The notes: generated from the sequence alone by a model not told the origin. Shown: positions 29,240 to 38,739, numbered from the stretch's first letter. The stretch is 53,020 nucleotides of DNA from Opitutaceae bacterium UBA3033 (GCA_002367815.1 DFDG01000055.1:5391-58410); one strand, 5' to 3'. A program made the numbers and translations.

Positions 29240-31194
29240 CAGTAATCCGCGGGCATGTGCTTGGTCAGGAAGGCTTCCACCTGTTTATAGAAGTCGATGC
29301 GATTCTTGTAATTGTAAATGCCATGCGGCTCATTGAATTTGGCCACCATCTCGTAGGACTTACCTGCCTTGTCGAGCGCTTCAACTAGATCTTTGGCTTG
29401 GTCGTAGGGCACCACATCGTCGTCGCGCCCATGCACGATGAGCAAAGGAGACTGGATGCGGTCCACATGAAAAACTGGAGATATGGCGCGGAGCGCCTCA
29501 GCGTCTTTAACCGGATCACCAATCCGGTCAACATTGAAGGCAAAACCGGTGGGATTAAGAGCACCGCCATGCTTGATAATGTCTATCCAATTTGTAACTC
29601 CTGCCACATCGATACCGCAGCAATAGAGATCGGGGGTGCGGATCAAACCCATCAAAGTGGAGTAACCGCCGAAACTGCCTCCCATGATCGCCACCCGTTT
29701 CGGATCGGCAATTCCACGGGCCATGGTCCACCTCGTCGCGTCCTCAATATCTTCCTGCATTGCAGTGCCCACGACCCGAAAGCCTTTTTTATAAAAATCC
29801 CGGCCATAACCGGTCGACCCCCGATAATTAATCTGCAACACGGCATAGCCGCGGTTGGCCATAAATTGCACTTGGGGGTCAAACCCGTAAGTATCGCGCG
29901 CCCAAGGTCCACCGTGCACCAAAACCACCAACGGTAGATTTTTTCTTTCCTTGCCCGGTGGCACGGTCAAATAACCCCGAAGCATCAGTCCATCGCGGGC
30001 CTTGATCTTTAAGGGCAATTTTTCGGCCATTTTCTCGGGATCCACCCACGGCATCACATCCACGAATTTGCCGATCGTATTGTTGGTGCGATCAAAGAAA
30101 TAGTAGGTGCCCGGATTCTGGGCGCTGGAAGCAAAGACCAACAAATGCTGTTCGTCGTTACTGATACTGGTGATCCGATTAATCGATTTGGGAATCGCCG
30201 CATCAATTTGCTCCTGAATTCCTCGGTAAACCGGATCCAACCAAAAAACCCGGGCAACCTCGGTGTAGTAGCGGATACCAATCAAACGCCCATCCGGGGC
30301 CGAAACAGGACCGCCAAAATTGGTCGGGCCAATATCATAAAGTCCATGCTCCAGAAGCGACTCGCCCAGTTGATCACTGGCTGGATCATAAGGGTAAACC
30401 GCAAAGCGCCCATCAGAGGATATTTTAGAGACGTAAATCTGCTTCCCGTCATAACTGAATCCCAGCGGAATCACTTCAAGTGGGTCATCCCCCAACCCCT
30501 TCAGAATTCGCCATGGCGCGTTTTCATCATCGCGATACATCACCTCGATTTTGATACCTTTGACTTTTACCCCCAGGCGAATCTGCTCCTCGCGATCTGG
30601 AACCCAATCCACCACCCCACCCGGATTCTCCAACTCGCGCATAAAAAATCCGCTCCGGGTATCTAAACTGATTACATTGGGTTCCGCCGATTTGGTAAAC
30701 CCTGTTCGCATATCACCGACGGCTTGATCGTATTCATTAACCAATACCCGATCGCTCTCCGTGTCGCGCGAAGAATAAATCATGCTACCCGCGTTAATCC
30801 TTTGATTGTCCTGCCGGTTCACCCCCCAAGTGCGGGCCGGACCAGTCAACATTTTGTAATCATCACCATCGTTATCGATCGCCACATAGCCCATATAGGA
30901 ACGAATCAGTAGTCGCTTTTCGGATATCCAACTCATGCCGCCAATCCGGCCATAGAAATTCGTCGCGTTGGATGGCATCTCCACCGCTTGCACTTTCTTG
31001 GTTTCCAGCTCCCGGATGAAGACCCGCTCGGCATCTTCGTACTCCGCCTTGTAGGCCACAAATTTACCGTCGCGCGAAAGCGTCATGTCGGTGAAAGCCG
31101 GGGGATTGGCAAAGACCTCGACGGGTAACTTTTCTGCGCGGAGGGGGCTGGATAATAAAACACTGAGGCAAACCAGATATATTTTGATGCGCAT
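29239..31194 (-). CDS. S9 family peptidase (prolyl oligopeptidase/acylaminoacyl-peptidase-like), exported
   Basis: Signal peptide, beta-propeller-like N-region, HGGP, NYRGSTGYG, GGSFGG, HGRDD, EPHG. Confidence 0.92.
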   Translation of the reverse strand: MRIKIYLVCLSVLLSSPLRAEKLPVEVFANPPAFTDMTLSRDGKFVAYKAEYEDAERVFIRELETKKVQAVEMPSNATNFYGRIGGMSWISEKRLLIRSYMGYVAIDNDGDDYKMLTGPARTWGVNRQDNQRINAGSMIYSSRDTESDRVLVNEYDQAVGDMRTGFTKSAEPNVISLDTRSGFFMRELENPGGVVDWVPDREEQIRLGVKVKGIKIEVMYRDDENAPWRILKGLGDDPLEVIPLGFSYDGKQIYVSKISSDGRFAVYPYDPASDQLGESLLEHGLYDIGPTNFGGPVSAPDGRLIGIRYYTEVARVFWLDPVYRGIQEQIDAAIPKSINRITSISNDEQHLLVFASSAQNPGTYYFFDRTNNTIGKFVDVMPWVDPEKMAEKLPLKIKARDGLMLRGYLTVPPGKERKNLPLVVLVHGGPWARDTYGFDPQVQFMANRGYAVLQINYRGSTGYGRDFYKKGFRVVGTAMQEDIEDATRWTMARGIADPKRVAIMGGSFGGYSTLMGLIRTPDLYCCGIDVAGVTNWIDIIKHGGALNPTGFAFNVDRIGDPVKDAEALRAISPVFHVDRIQSPLLIVHGRDDDVVPYDQAKDLVEALDKAGKSYEMVAKFNEPHGIYNYKNRIDFYKQVEAFLTKHMPADY

Positions 31195-31339
31195 AGAATC
31201 AGGGTTCCCGCTACTTTCGCCTATATATAACACAAGAGAAGGATATTCTACAGCCGGCCTCCCTGCTCCTAACCCAAAATTTGAGCCCAACGTTGGATTC
31301 CATTTCCCACCCAGCCGATTTTTCTGCTATCAACACTCC

Positions 31340-32068
31340 ATGGCTTCACTGACCGATTCCTTTTACGATAAATCCATCGCTTTGCTGGCCCGCGCCCGAG
31401 AGGTGAATACCCCGACCATTGAGCGATGCGCGGCGCTCATCGGCACCTCGATCGCCAAGGACGGCGTGCTCCACGTCTTCGGCAGCGGCCACAGCGAGGT
31501 CATTGCTCGCGAGATCATCGGTCGCGCCGGTGGGCTCGCTTGCGTCAGCGGTATCATCGACCCGACCGGCGGGTTTATCGAAAACCATGTCGGCTATGGC
31601 ACCGCGCTCGTCGAACGTTACGACCGTCAACACCAACTCATCGCCGGCGAGTGCATCATCGTCATCTCCAACTCCGGCAAAAACAGTGCGCCCATCGAAG
31701 TCGCCCTGCACGCCAAGAAAAAAGGCCTTACGGTCATCGGTCTCACTTCGGTGCAAATGTCATCTCGGGCCAAGACGGTGCATCCTGATGGCCATAATCT
31801 GCACGCCATCGCCGACCATGTCCTCGATAACCTCGGCGTTCCCGGCGACACGTTGATTGATATCGGCGAAGGAGAATTCTCGGGGCCGACCTCCACTTTG
31901 ATCGGCGCCATGTTGCTCAATCTGCTCATGCTGGAAGTCATCACGTGGCTCAGGGCTCACCGCCATCCCCTGCCGTTATTTAGGAGTCAAAACCTGCCGG
32001 GCGCGATCGAGCACAACCGCACCGTGGTCGAGAAATACAAGCACCGGCTCACCCGCCAGGTCTCCTGA
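31340..32068 (+). CDS. SIS-domain sugar isomerase-like protein
   Basis: FGSGHS, GRAGGL, ISNSGKN, GPTST, FRSQN. Confidence 0.85.
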   Translation: MASLTDSFYDKSIALLARAREVNTPTIERCAALIGTSIAKDGVLHVFGSGHSEVIAREIIGRAGGLACVSGIIDPTGGFIENHVGYGTALVERYDRQHQLIAGECIIVISNSGKNSAPIEVALHAKKKGLTVIGLTSVQMSSRAKTVHPDGHNLHAIADHVLDNLGVPGDTLIDIGEGEFSGPTSTLIGAMLLNLLMLEVITWLRAHRHPLPLFRSQNLPGAIEHNRTVVEKYKHRLTRQVS

Positions 32069-32079
32069 TATCGCCGCCC

Positions 32080-32985
32080 ATGAATTTTAAAATCGGCGTC
32101 GATGGTGGTGGCACCAAAACCGAATATATTCTGACCGATGGCAGCGATGCGATCGTGGCCCGGCGCAGCACACCCGGGTGCAGTCCCAGCATCATGGATC
32201 ACGCCAGCATTCGTGCAAATATTGCGGATAACCTCCGCGCCCTTGAAGCAGAAGCCCAACAACGCGACCCAAAGGCAAAGATAACCGACGTGCTCTTTTG
32301 CATGGCGGGCAGTCGTATTTTCTGGGGCGAATTTGGCGGGCAGATCACTGGATACGGACGCGTGCATAACTTCGACGATTCCATACCGGTGCTCGAACTC
32401 GCGACCGGTGGTAAATCCGGACTCGTACTGCATTCTGGCACCGGCTCGTTTGTGGCCGCGGGCAGTGCTGACGGCACGGCCCATTACGCCGGCGGACTGG
32501 GGTGGCGATTGGGCGATCCCGCCAGCGCCTACGATCTGGGACAACACGCCGTCGCCCGGGCCATTCTCGAACTGCAAGGTTGGGCCCAATCTTCCGATCT
32601 CGGAGCCGCCATCTGCCAAGCGACCGACATTCATGACGCCAACGCCCTGACCCGTCACTTTTACACCGATACGAAATCGGCCACGATGATCTCCGCCTTT
32701 GCGCCTCACGTTACCCGACTCGCCGAACACGGAAATGAGGTTGCCCGGGAAATTCTGATCAACTCCGTGACAAAACTTGGGCAATTGGCGAACGAAGTCA
32801 TCGCGCGCATCTTCCCCGCCAAAAATGAAACCCAACTGCCGGTGGGTCTCAGTGGAGTGATCCTGCAAACTGCCGCCGCAAGGAACACCCTCGGAGCCAT
32901 GCTTGATCCCCGCTGCGCAATGCACGTCATCACCGAGCCCCCGATCGAAGGCGTCCGCCAATTACTCGCCCGGCTTCACGCCTGA
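32080..32985 (+). CDS. BadF/BadG/BcrA/BcrD ATPase family, N-acetylglucosamine-kinase-like
   Basis: IGVDGGGTKT, SGTGS, AGGLGWRLGD. Confidence 0.85.
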   Translation: MNFKIGVDGGGTKTEYILTDGSDAIVARRSTPGCSPSIMDHASIRANIADNLRALEAEAQQRDPKAKITDVLFCMAGSRIFWGEFGGQITGYGRVHNFDDSIPVLELATGGKSGLVLHSGTGSFVAAGSADGTAHYAGGLGWRLGDPASAYDLGQHAVARAILELQGWAQSSDLGAAICQATDIHDANALTRHFYTDTKSATMISAFAPHVTRLAEHGNEVAREILINSVTKLGQLANEVIARIFPAKNETQLPVGLSGVILQTAAARNTLGAMLDPRCAMHVITEPPIEGVRQLLARLHA

Positions 32986-33056
32986 ACGAAAATTGTTTGA
33001 TGCGTTTAGCGTCCCTTTGACGTTTTGGCCCGATTGCTCCTTGGTGGGAGATTCAA

Positions 33057-33938
33057 ATGTGCGCTCTGGCAACTGCTCTTATTTTTCTTCCCGAACAAGC
33101 TTGGCTCGCGAGGCAGCAGGATCATGAAGCGCGAGTGCGGCTTTGGACCGATCCCCAGCAAGCCCGGGCATCGCGCGGAGAGCAGCACCCCGTCTACGAT
33201 TTTCTCTTTGAATACTATTCATTTCGCGCGGCTTGGTTGCGCCGTTGGCATCCCGGTCCCGACGTCGTGCTGACCGGGGATCGTGCACGCGAGTTTCTAC
33301 GCTGGTCTGAATATCAAGAGACTGCAGACGGGGTGATATTATCCGCCGCGCTCCCGGAGCATCGCCAAAAATTCGTCGCTTGGTTGCGCGAGCTATTGGT
33401 CACCACCGCGGAGCGACCCGCGTTCTTCGGCTGCTTCGGCCTGCACGAATGGGCGATGGTTTACCGCCAAACGCCGGAGGAAGTTCGCCACACCTCCCAT
33501 CCAATGCGTTTTTCACCGGATGAACTCGCCCGCATCGTCGAAGCCAGCCCGTTACGCTGCACCCATTTCGACGCGTTTCGTTTTTTCACCGCCCCCGCCG
33601 CTCCGCTCAACAAAGTCCAACTTACCCGACCCGCCATGTTGCAAAATGAGCAACGCGGTTGCCTGCACGCCAACATGGATCTCTACAAATGGGCCTTCAA
33701 ACTCGCGCCTTTCACGCCCAGTGAATTGATCGCGGACTGTTTCGCGCTGGCCCGCGACATCAGGGAGATCGACATGCGGGCGAGTCCTTACGATCTGCGC
33801 GCTCTGGGTTTTGCCCCCATCCCCGTGGAAACCGAGACGGGTCGCGCCGAATACGAACAACATCAGCGCGCCTTTGCGAAGCGCGGACAGCCCTTGCGCG
33901 AACGCCTGCGCAAACTGTGTGAGCGCCTGTTGCTGTAG
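33057..33938 (+). CDS. Conserved protein of a family often labelled '3-methyladenine DNA glycosylase' (function unverified)
   Basis: HPVYDFLFEYY, WHPG, CFGLHEWAMVY, CTHFDAFRFFT, GCLHANMDLYKW, DMRASPYDL. Confidence 0.75.
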   Translation: MCALATALIFLPEQAWLARQQDHEARVRLWTDPQQARASRGEQHPVYDFLFEYYSFRAAWLRRWHPGPDVVLTGDRAREFLRWSEYQETADGVILSAALPEHRQKFVAWLRELLVTTAERPAFFGCFGLHEWAMVYRQTPEEVRHTSHPMRFSPDELARIVEASPLRCTHFDAFRFFTAPAAPLNKVQLTRPAMLQNEQRGCLHANMDLYKWAFKLAPFTPSELIADCFALARDIREIDMRASPYDLRALGFAPIPVETETGRAEYEQHQRAFAKRGQPLRERLRKLCERLLL

Positions 33939-34075
33939 GGCTGGTCGCCAATTTGTCCGCCGAAGCCTTGGCGAAGGAGCAACCCCGCCTTCGACTACCC
34001 AAACCTGGTGAGGCGGGATCAGACTTTCGTCAGGCTCAGTCCCCGAGTTCAATCGAGGGGCGATCCCGCCCTACA
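33934..34075. repeat. GTAG-type REP doublet with nested palindromic inserts
   Basis: TGTAGGGC...CCCGCCT / AGGCGGGATC...GATCCCGCCCTACA, inverted, between convergent genes; each hairpin loop carries an insert. Confidence 0.75.
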
Positions 34076-34078
34076 ATT

Positions 34079-34993
34079 TTACCAGCGGGCGTCGGTGCCC
34101 GGCGGACGGATGTATTCCTGAGGATTGATGATCTTGCGCGCGAAGGGATTGGCGCGGGCGAGCAATTCCGGCGAGGCGTGATAACCATAGCGCGTGCGAT
34201 TCCACGATGAGCCATAGCGATAAACCGCGATCTTGCGTTCGCCGGGATTCACCCGCCGGGCCGAGCCATGACAGGTCGCATCAACAAACACTATCGCATC
34301 ACCCGCCATCATGTGCACCTCCATCGCCCCGGCAATGCCATCCACGGACCCCCCACTGCTGCCATCCCCCCATTCATCCCCGCGCTTGGGCCGGCTGAAC
34401 TCCGGATGGGCGATGTTGGATTTGTGTGAACCGGGAATGACCATCGTGGCGCCGTCACCGGGTCCGATGTCCGTGAAAGCAATCAGCACGTTGATCTGGT
34501 TGCATTGGAAACGACCGTTGTGGTAGCCAAAGGACATGCGTTTGGTGCGGTCGTGGCCGCCGGCATGCAGCGGGATGGCCTCGCCGGGGCCACGGATGGT
34601 GTAGAAATTTTCGTCAATAAACGCCGGACCGTGGTGATAATCGAAAGTATCATGACCGCCAATGAACCGCAGCACGTGGTTAATGTAGTTCGGATGGTCG
34701 ATCATCCGCTCAAGGGCGCCGCCCATTTCATAGACCTGTTGGTAGCTGATGCCGCGATGCTCGGGATGATCCTCCCGCTGCACCCAACCATGCCAGCCCT
34801 TGCGCGGCAGGGAACGCGGAATGGTATCAATGCGCGCATTGGCATCGGCGACCTCCGCTTTGGAGAGCACTCCGGGCAAAAACACATAGCCGTTAAGATC
34901 AAACATGTATTCCTCCAAATCAGTCGGCACGCGGGCCTCGGGCACGTTGACGAGAGGGGGAATCGTATGGTGGGGGTGAAAGCGTTGTTCCAT
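34079..34993 (-). CDS. PhyH-family Fe(II)/2-oxoglutarate oxygenase (HxG variant)
   Basis: FDLNGYV, LHAGG, DIGPGDGATMVIPGSHK, AGDAIVF, CHGS, ERK. Confidence 0.85.
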   Translation of the reverse strand: MEQRFHPHHTIPPLVNVPEARVPTDLEEYMFDLNGYVFLPGVLSKAEVADANARIDTIPRSLPRKGWHGWVQREDHPEHRGISYQQVYEMGGALERMIDHPNYINHVLRFIGGHDTFDYHHGPAFIDENFYTIRGPGEAIPLHAGGHDRTKRMSFGYHNGRFQCNQINVLIAFTDIGPGDGATMVIPGSHKSNIAHPEFSRPKRGDEWGDGSSGGSVDGIAGAMEVHMMAGDAIVFVDATCHGSARRVNPGERKIAVYRYGSSWNRTRYGYHASPELLARANPFARKIINPQEYIRPPGTDARW

Positions 34994-35065
34994 GGCCGAT
35001 AATAATAGCAGAACTATTCAAAACTTTCTTTCCGTTTATTCCCCAATGTCTCTTAAATAGTAACC

Positions 35066-35917
35066 ATGGCTCGTGCCTCCACCTCACCGGAAATAGTTCA
35101 TGCAGAAGAAATGGGGTTCCGCGTCTGGCAGCAACGGGCCGCGGGCATGATGTCTGCCCCGCACACGCATCCCGACATCGAAGTGAACTATCTCTTTAAC
35201 GGCAGCTTCTCCTATTTGCACGGTGGCTCTATAATTCCGGTGGAGGCCGGCCGCTTCACCGCACTCTGGGGCGGGATTCCCCACCAAACCGTCACCCCCG
35301 GTATAGTAAGTGATGGGATTTGGATCACCCTGCCCCTGGCTTGGTTTTTACAATGGCAGCTTCCCCACGCATTGGCCGAACGATTGCTCGAAGGAGAAAT
35401 TGTCAGTTCGGCCTATAGCACCGCGGATCGGACCGCACTTGAAAGATGGCTCGAAGATGCCGCCAGTCGCGATCCCGCCCGCCGACGGGCCATGTTGTTG
35501 GAAGTGGAGGCGCGTTTTCATCGGCTTGCCCTCATCAGCCCGGAGCAAAAACGACGGCGGGAACCGGGGGCCAGTGACGGCGTGGGACAAATGGCCCGCG
35601 TGACCCGATTCATCGCGCGCAATTACCGCGAGCCCCTGACCGTGCAGATGATTGCCGATGATGTCGGTCTCCACGCGAAATACCTGATGCGTGTGTTCAA
35701 GAAACAATGCGGTTCGAGTATTTGGGATTATCTCACCCGGCTCCGGGTATCGCATGCGCAGCGGTTGTTGATCACGACGGACATGAAGGTGCTCGACGTC
35801 GCGATGGAGAGCGGATTTTCGTCAGGGGCACCTTTTTATGCCGCGTTTGCCGCCCATACCCGTGGGCTCCGACCGTTGGATTATCGCGGCCAACATCGGC
35901 CAGCCCCACTAATTTAA
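35066..35917 (+). CDS. AraC-family transcriptional regulator (cupin + HTH)
   Basis: HTHPDIEVN, PH, YLMRVFKK, DVAMESGFSS...FY; divergent from the PhyH gene. Confidence 0.92.
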   Translation: MARASTSPEIVHAEEMGFRVWQQRAAGMMSAPHTHPDIEVNYLFNGSFSYLHGGSIIPVEAGRFTALWGGIPHQTVTPGIVSDGIWITLPLAWFLQWQLPHALAERLLEGEIVSSAYSTADRTALERWLEDAASRDPARRRAMLLEVEARFHRLALISPEQKRRREPGASDGVGQMARVTRFIARNYREPLTVQMIADDVGLHAKYLMRVFKKQCGSSIWDYLTRLRVSHAQRLLITTDMKVLDVAMESGFSSGAPFYAAFAAHTRGLRPLDYRGQHRPAPLI

Positions 35918-35973
35918 ACTTCCGCCCCATGATGACGTCCAAGCCAACACAACCCACGGTGCCTGCTCTCCTT

Positions 35974-36070
35974 TGTAGGAGCTTGCTTGCCCGTTCGACT
36001 TACTCAGGGCCTCGAGTCCATCGAGGGGCAAGCGATTCAGACACCAATCGCCTGCGAGCAGGCTCCTACA
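35974..36070. repeat. GTAG-type REP doublet with a nested ~38-nt palindromic insert
   Basis: TGTAGGAGCTTGCTTGC[insert]AAGCGAT ... ATCGCCTGCGAGCAGGCTCCTACA. Confidence 0.8.
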
Positions 36071-36104
36071 TTTCAACCAACCCGGATTATCGAACCCTTT
36101 GCAC

Positions 36105-37295
36105 ATGAAAAACACCCCATTACGTATCGGACAAATCGGCGCGGGCGGGCGAGGCGAATTATTGGGCCAGCTTTCGCATCAACCCACCAAAGGCAGCCGG
36201 ATCGTCGCCTGTTGCGATCGCAGCGACCAAACCATTGCCCGCTGTCAGCGGGATTTCGGCCGCGATATTTTTATCACGGGCGACTATCACGAATTACTGG
36301 CGCAGGATATCGATGCCGTGATTATCGCCACGCCGGATTATCTGCACGAGGAGCACGTGCTGGCCGCCTTGCAACGTGGCCTGACCGTTTATCTGGAAAA
36401 ACCCATGGCTTTGACCGTGGCGGGCTGCGATCGCATCCTCGCGGCGGCCAAAAAACACCGGGCCCGGCTTTTTGTCGGTCACAACATGCGGCACATGGCG
36501 TTTGTGCGGAAAATGAAGGCGCTGATCGACGCCGGGACCATCGGCGAAGTGAAAGCCTGTTGGTGTCGTCACTTTGTGGGCCACGGCGGTGACTTCTACT
36601 TCCGCGATTGGCATGCCGAACGGCGCTACACCACCGGATTGTTGCTCCAAAAAGCTGCGCACGATATCGATGTGATCCATTGGCTGTGCGGCGGCTACAG
36701 TCGCTTGGTCAGCGCGATGGGCGCGCTGACCCTCTACGACAAATTACCCGGACGTCAGACCGCCTCGGCTCATCCCCGCAAAATCACTGTGAAAGACATG
36801 AAGCTCGATCTCTTTCCGCCGACTAAGCATCGCGGACTCAACCATAATATCGACGTGGAAGATCTGAGCACGATGCAGATGAAACTCAGCAACGGTGTCT
36901 TTGCGACCTATGCCCAATGCCACTACACCCCGGATTACTGGCGCAACTACACCGTCATCGGCACGGAAGGTCGCATGGAAAACTTCGGCAACGGCGAACC
37001 CGGCACCTTGATTCGGATTTGGAACCGGCGCAGCAATTACAACGCAACCGGAGACGCCACTTACAAAATTCCACCGGCCAGTGATATGCACGGCGGGGCG
37101 GATCCACTCATCATCAATGAATTTCTCTGTTATGCTCGCACCGGCGGACACATCAACACGTCGCCCATTGCCGCGCGCGAAAGCGTGGCCGCCGGTTGTG
37201 TGGCCACCGACTCCCTCCGAAACGGCGGCGTGGTGCTGAAAGTGCCCGCGCCTAAGCCGGCCATCGTGCGTTGGTTCGATGCCGGTGGGGCCTGA
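36105..37295 (+). CDS. Gfo/Idh/MocA family oxidoreductase
   Basis: IGAGGRG, IATPDYLH, EKPMA, GHNMR, HDID, GTEG, HGGAD. Confidence 0.93.
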   Translation: MKNTPLRIGQIGAGGRGELLGQLSHQPTKGSRIVACCDRSDQTIARCQRDFGRDIFITGDYHELLAQDIDAVIIATPDYLHEEHVLAALQRGLTVYLEKPMALTVAGCDRILAAAKKHRARLFVGHNMRHMAFVRKMKALIDAGTIGEVKACWCRHFVGHGGDFYFRDWHAERRYTTGLLLQKAAHDIDVIHWLCGGYSRLVSAMGALTLYDKLPGRQTASAHPRKITVKDMKLDLFPPTKHRGLNHNIDVEDLSTMQMKLSNGVFATYAQCHYTPDYWRNYTVIGTEGRMENFGNGEPGTLIRIWNRRSNYNATGDATYKIPPASDMHGGADPLIINEFLCYARTGGHINTSPIAARESVAAGCVATDSLRNGGVVLKVPAPKPAIVRWFDAGGA

Positions 37296-37324
37296 GCGAC
37301 ACGGGAGTTGTTGCCACCACCATA

Positions 37325-38431
37325 ATGTCCGACAGCGTGAAACCCATGGAAGAGGACGACGGGAACGCCATGGTTACGCCCCGGAAGCCCAGCATACCGA
37401 TCAGTGACGGTCTGTGCGGCTATCTGTTGCGCTACAAAAGGGAGCGACCCCTGCCGATCACTTATGATCGGATGCGCGATTTTCATGAAGTCATCCCTCT
37501 GGTGGATCAGGAGGGTAAAAACACCCTTTGGGATACGATTATTTACCGATCCGATGAAATGCGTGAACTCTATGAGGGTCTGAAACGCGTCTATGCGCTC
37601 CTCAAAGTCGATGGCGACCTGAGTATCGTGCAGCATCTCTATGTGGATCGCGTGGATTTTTGCAGTTTCGGCAACTCGATGCCCTTCCGCGTTCGCGTGG
37701 TTAACGCCTACAACGACAACCAGGACTATTTTTACGTGAAACGCGCCGATGCCTCGCGCGTTTACGGTCTCGAGCTCGAACATCTGCTCTCCCCCAATCG
37801 CCTGAACTACCTCACGAGCGGTGGAACCCTGATTGAAGAGCACATCGCGGGCATTCCGGGCGACGCATTCATCGAACACTGGATGCAATACCCCGAATTG
37901 AGCCCCGTGCGCGTCGCCAAAGAGCTGGTGAAGTTCAACGAGCGCTGTTTCGTGCGACTGTTGGGCGATATGCGGGCCTACAATTTCGTTTTCGTCATCA
38001 CACCCGACTTCGAAGTGGCCCAAGTGCGCATCCGCGCGATGGATTTCGACCAACAATCCTACAACAGCCGAAAAAAATTCTACCTGCCCCAGTTTTTTAA
38101 GGAAAACGCGCCCCTGGTCACCTACTGCAACAAACATTTGCACGCCCAAACCGCCCTGCAATACCAACGCGAGGAACAAACGCTCATCATTCAACGCGCC
38201 GAACTCGCGCGCGTGCGTTTGGGTTCGCTGTTGGCCGAGATGACGGTCGATCCCATCGCTCCCTTGGAAAAAGTTCACACTTTGCGCGCCTCACTCGCCG
38301 AACATTATCAACGCGATGACTACTTGCGCTGCGAATCCATGGGCGCACTCGTGCAACAAAACCTCACGACGTTGCGCGACGTCATTGCTCAAACAAATTT
38401 GCCGAAAGCAAAGTTGATCGGGCTGGATTGA
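37325..38431 (+). CDS. Conserved hypothetical protein with atypical-kinase-like motifs
   Basis: Long ORF with FGNSMPF, FYVK, LLGDMRAYNF, AMDFDQQ. Confidence 0.75.
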   Translation: MSDSVKPMEEDDGNAMVTPRKPSIPISDGLCGYLLRYKRERPLPITYDRMRDFHEVIPLVDQEGKNTLWDTIIYRSDEMRELYEGLKRVYALLKVDGDLSIVQHLYVDRVDFCSFGNSMPFRVRVVNAYNDNQDYFYVKRADASRVYGLELEHLLSPNRLNYLTSGGTLIEEHIAGIPGDAFIEHWMQYPELSPVRVAKELVKFNERCFVRLLGDMRAYNFVFVITPDFEVAQVRIRAMDFDQQSYNSRKKFYLPQFFKENAPLVTYCNKHLHAQTALQYQREEQTLIIQRAELARVRLGSLLAEMTVDPIAPLEKVHTLRASLAEHYQRDDYLRCESMGALVQQNLTTLRDVIAQTNLPKAKLIGLD

Positions 38432-38440
38432 TCGCAATTT

Positions 38441-38520
38441 TTCGCGCCGAAATAAAAAAAATCGCGGCCGAAAAAATTCGAGCGCGTTGAAAAATATAAA
38501 TGCGCGTGAAAAATTTCGAT
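38441..38520. repeat. Four degenerate 20-bp units (CGCG + A-tract)
   Basis: CGCG starts at 38443, 38463, 38483 and 38503, each followed by GAAA and an A/T tract. Confidence 0.7.
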
Positions 38521-38634
38521 CATTTGTGTTGCGCACAACGCCGAGATAGTTGACTAACAAAATGTAACTTGCGCACGACGCCCCTATGTCGTGGTGAGTC
38601 ACATATAACTAAAGCCCTAAATCGGAGCAATCGT

Positions 38635-38739
38635 ATGGCAAAAAAAGCAGCTAAGAAACCCGCAGCGAAAAAAGCACCAGCCAAAAAGGCTGCCGCTAAA
38701 AAAGCACCAGCCAAGAAGGCTGCCGCGAAGAAGAAGTAA
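38635..38739 (+). CDS. 34-aa Lys/Ala/Pro histone-H1-like (Hc2/AlgP-type repeat) peptide
   Basis: MAKKAAKKPAAKKAPAKKAAAKKAPAKKAAAKKK*; GGAG RBS upstream, synonymous variation between repeats, terminator downstream. Below the ORF-track length cut-off. Confidence 0.85.
   Translation: MAKKAAKKPAAKKAPAKKAAAKKAPAKKAAAKKK

Noticed and set aside
38520-38714. 64-aa minus-strand ORF MAGAFLAAAFLAGAFF
   Set aside because: It is the antisense of the Lys/Ala peptide gene, which has the RBS and correctly oriented terminator.
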